Shown piece after piece: positions 15,379 to 18,053 of a stretch of DNA of 18,053 nt (within the stretch, counting starts at the first letter, position 1; each line of letters begins with the position of its first letter). A program made the position numbers and the translations under genes. Below the pieces are notes generated by a model, which saw nothing but the letters and a program-made list of their open reading frames with translations, ran no database searches and was not told the DNA's origin. The stretch comes from Armatimonadota bacterium. Its GTDB lineage: Bacteria; Armatimonadota; UBA10988. The stretch covers positions 1 through 18,053 of the forward strand of contig JACRKZ010000162.1 in the NCBI GenBank assembly GCA_016235455.1, written 5' to 3'.

Positions 15379-17642
15379 GGCATGGGCTCTCCGCCGGAGG
15401 CATTGGCCGAGGGCCGGCCGCTACCTTCCGCGGCGATGACCAGCCACTGCTCGTCCCCGACCGCCGACACGCTGGGCAGTAGGATGGCCTGGGCCTGGGG
15501 CGGCAGCGCATGATAGCGGCCCGGCGCCTCGGCGCGCAGGCGGTAGCGTAGCGTACTCGTGCCTTGCGGCAGATGGTCGACGGCTAGGTCCACGCCGCGT
15601 TCGCGGACCTGTCGGTAGCACCACAGCCCGCCGTCGAAGTAGCCGCTGTCGGCATCCACCGCGCGACAGCCAGCCGGTGTGGGCACGGTCACCGTCACCC
15701 AGTCCAGCGGCACTTCGGCGCGCAGCTTCAGCTCGACCTCGAGCAGTGCGCCCGTCGGCACGGTCTGGCCCGCGGCCAGGGCCACGGTGCGCTTGTCGTC
15801 GACCAGGCTGTAGCTCCGCTCGACAGCCAGCCGGTGGCCCGTGGCGCGGATGGGCTCGTCGGCGCTGAGCCAGGTCAGGTCGGCGCCCAGATAAGCCGAG
15901 CCCTGGCCCTCGCGCGCCAGCGTCACCCGATGCGCGCCGGGCGCCAGGTCGGTCAGTGTCACCTCGTCGGCGAAGCGCAGCACCTGCTCTTTGGCCACAT
16001 CCCAAGCCTTGACGGAACGGCCATCGACGGTCAGCGTGAGCTTGGCTGGCTCGGCCGTCTCGCGGCGCGTCTCGGACCAGTCGGCCAGGGCTGCCACGGC
16101 CCGCGCGGTGGCGACCGCGTTGTGCCAGCGGCTGCCGCTGCGGTTGAGGAACAGCCAGTTGGCGGCCTTGTCGGCCAGGTCGGACCGAGGCTCTAGCACG
16201 AGGGCGGCCTGCAAGCCGAGCGCGGTGGCGCTGACCGGGTCGCGGTCGTAGCCCCAACTGGCCGTGTCAGGCCCGGTGACCAGCCGCGCCACGAGGTTGC
16301 GCCAGGCCGTCGCGGCGCGACTGTCGCCACGGCGCCTGAGGATCATGGCCAGCCGGGCCAGGCCTTCGTCGCCGAGCTGGGCGCGCCCGGCCCACAGCCG
16401 GTCGGCGGCCGCGCGGACGATGGCGTCCTCGGCCGGGTCGGGCCGGTAGAGGTGGCGAGAGAGCACCTGGTCGACCACCCAGGCAGCCTGGGCCGTGGTC
16501 TCGGAGGCGTCGCCAGCACGGCGCAGGTAGCGTTCGAGGTAGGCGGTGAGATGGCCCCGGCTGGGCGCCAGACCAGCATCGTAGGGCGGCGGGGCGGCGG
16601 CCGGGCCGCCTGTCGGGCCGCCGCCAAAGCGCACGTTGGCGAGGGGCTCCAGGCTCCAGATCGTGTCCTCGCCATCGACCGGGCGACGGTCGAGGAGCGC
16701 GGTGAGCGCCTCGCCCGCGAAGGCGCTCACCTCCGGGTCGGAGGGCCACTCCGGGCGCCAGCCATAGCCGCCATCCTCGCGTGGCGCAGTGTCGAGGCCC
16801 ACCTCGCTCAGGGCTTTGCCCTTGATGCCGCCGCCGCGTCGATGGCGCAGGGCTTGGGGTGGCTCGGGCGACTCTGCCGGCGGCCCGGCCCAGCGTGCCA
16901 CGCGAAGCGCGATGTTGCCCATCAGCGCGCGGCTGGCTGCCTGCCAGGTGTCGGCCGGCTCGTCGTCGTCGCCCTGGCGCGCGACCCAGGCGGCCGCGTC
17001 GAGCAGCGTGCCGGCGCGGCTGGCGGTGACGGTCAGGCGCAGTCGCTGCGTGCCGGTCTGGCAGGGCGGCAGGGCCAGGTCGGCCTGCGCCTGGCGACCC
17101 GCCGTGGCCACCGCGGCGCGGCGGTCGTACTGCTCGACGCCATGCGCCGCAATCGGCACCCGCAGCCGCATGGCGTCGGCCTGGGTTTCGGTGGCGGCGG
17201 TGGCGGTCAGGCTGACCTGACCCGGCTGGTCGACACGCAGCGTCGACCGCAGCCGGGTGTCGCCGCCGCGTGCGAGTGCGCCGCGGCTTTCGTGCACATC
17301 CAGCCAGCGGCCGCCGTCGGCGGCCAGGCTGACTTGCGCGTCGACCGGCCGCTCGCCAGACCAGGCTGGCAGCGCGGTGATCGCCGCCTCGTCGCCCTGG
17401 GTCAGCGCGGCGGGCGCGATGAGCCGCACCAGCAGGTCCTTGGTGGTGGTGAACGTGGTGCTTCCCACACCGAGGTCGAACAGCCCGCTGATCGCCAGTG
17501 CCGAGGCCTGCCAGGTGGTCAGGTTGTCGGCCAGGCGCATGGGCAGCTCGGCCTCGCCGTTGGCGTCGGTGGTGATGTCGGGCGCCCACAGCAGCGTGTC
17601 AGGGAAGTCCTCGCGCACGGTCGCCGGCCAGACGACATGCAC
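15375..17642 (-). CDS. Alpha-2-macroglobulin family protein, C-terminal part (A2M, TED-like and MG10-like regions)
   Basis: Motifs VREDFPDTLLWAPDITTDANGEA...DNLTTW, KDLLVRL..P..L.QGD, EDGGYGW, W...ATARAVAAL and LRYRLRAEAPGRYHALP. GTG 17642 is preceded by AGGAGG; the frame is open up to 17717. Confidence 0.85.
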   Translation of the reverse strand: MHVVWPATVREDFPDTLLWAPDITTDANGEAELPMRLADNLTTWQASALAISGLFDLGVGSTTFTTTKDLLVRLIAPAALTQGDEAAITALPAWSGERPVDAQVSLAADGGRWLDVHESRGALARGGDTRLRSTLRVDQPGQVSLTATAATETQADAMRLRVPIAAHGVEQYDRRAAVATAGRQAQADLALPPCQTGTQRLRLTVTASRAGTLLDAAAWVARQGDDDEPADTWQAASRALMGNIALRVARWAGPPAESPEPPQALRHRRGGGIKGKALSEVGLDTAPREDGGYGWRPEWPSDPEVSAFAGEALTALLDRRPVDGEDTIWSLEPLANVRFGGGPTGGPAAAPPPYDAGLAPSRGHLTAYLERYLRRAGDASETTAQAAWVVDQVLSRHLYRPDPAEDAIVRAAADRLWAGRAQLGDEGLARLAMILRRRGDSRAATAWRNLVARLVTGPDTASWGYDRDPVSATALGLQAALVLEPRSDLADKAANWLFLNRSGSRWHNAVATARAVAALADWSETRRETAEPAKLTLTVDGRSVKAWDVAKEQVLRFADEVTLTDLAPGAHRVTLAREGQGSAYLGADLTWLSADEPIRATGHRLAVERSYSLVDDKRTVALAAGQTVPTGALLEVELKLRAEVPLDWVTVTVPTPAGCRAVDADSGYFDGGLWCYRQVRERGVDLAVDHLPQGTSTLRYRLRAEAPGRYHALPPQAQAILLPSVSAVGDEQWLVIAAEGSGRPSANASGGEPMP

Positions 17643-18053
17643 TGCTCGCCCTCCTGACCGGGCCGCACCAGGCGATGGGCGATCACCGTGCGCTCGATAC
17701 CGATCAGGCCGGGCCGATCATCCTCACTCTCGGACGACGCGCTGTCATGCCGTGGCGGCCCCGCGAAGTCGCTGCGGTCGGCGAACCAGTCGGGTACCAG
17801 TGCCTGGCCGCGCCGGCTACCCTCCTGGGTCTGTTGGTTTGTGACCGCGACGAGGACGCGCGTCGAGACGGGCTGGCCGTCACTCGTGGTGCGCACCTTC
17901 AGCCGGCCTTCTCCGCGCACCGGGTAGGTCGCGGCGTCGCTGGCCACCGAGACGCGCACCTTGGGCTCTGCCGCTTGCAGGCGCAGCGGCACGGTGGTCT
18001 GGAGCAAGCCATCCGGCCCGATGGCGCGGACGGTGATGACCTCGTCGACGCCC
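17519..18053 (-). CDS. Alpha-2-macroglobulin family protein, upstream part (5' end outside window), in a different frame from the C-terminal part
   Basis: The frame is open to the window edge (GVDEVITVRAIGPDGLLQ...). KVRVSVASDAATYPVRGEGRLKVRTTSDGQPVSTRVLVAVTN resembles the A2M bait-region-domain pattern (D...Y.PG.......G.PV...V.LAVVD). Confidence 0.7.
   Translation of the reverse strand, partial: GVDEVITVRAIGPDGLLQTTVPLRLQAAEPKVRVSVASDAATYPVRGEGRLKVRTTSDGQPVSTRVLVAVTNQQTQEGSRRGQALVPDWFADRSDFAGPPRHDSASSESEDDRPGLIGIERTVIAHRLVRPGQEGEQCMSSGRRPCARTSLTRCCGRPTSPPTPTARPSCPCAWPTT

Overview
High-GC bacterial chromosomal segment. The DUF1559/H-X9-DG prepilin-like gene, the Tat-exported Gfo/Idh/MocA protein and the secreted TIM-barrel protein suggest Armatimonadota or a PVC-like lineage (inference). 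Almost all genes are on the - strand. From right to left: an alpha-2-macroglobulin family gene split into two frames near its bait region; a membrane protein made of three ~157-aa repeats; the prepilin-like gene with a strong UUCG hairpin; a Gfo/Idh/MocA oxidoreductase; a lone + strand GspE/PilB ATPase with an MshEN-like N-terminus; a secreted sugar isomerase-like protein; and a der - transglutaminase-like lipoprotein - plsY - bshB1 operon. The most unusual part is 1-4660, a nested tandem structure. The unit [bshB1 3' end + promoter/RBS + start of a WD40 gene] occurs twice at an offset of ~2348-2349 bp. The proximal gene copy is reduced to a start remnant and a caspase-like (C14) C-terminal tail flanking a UROD/MetE-like gene. 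The distal copy is a long WD40 gene, missed by the ORF track, whose N-terminal propeller has atypical codon usage. No rRNA, tRNA, CRISPR array, integrase or transposase was seen.
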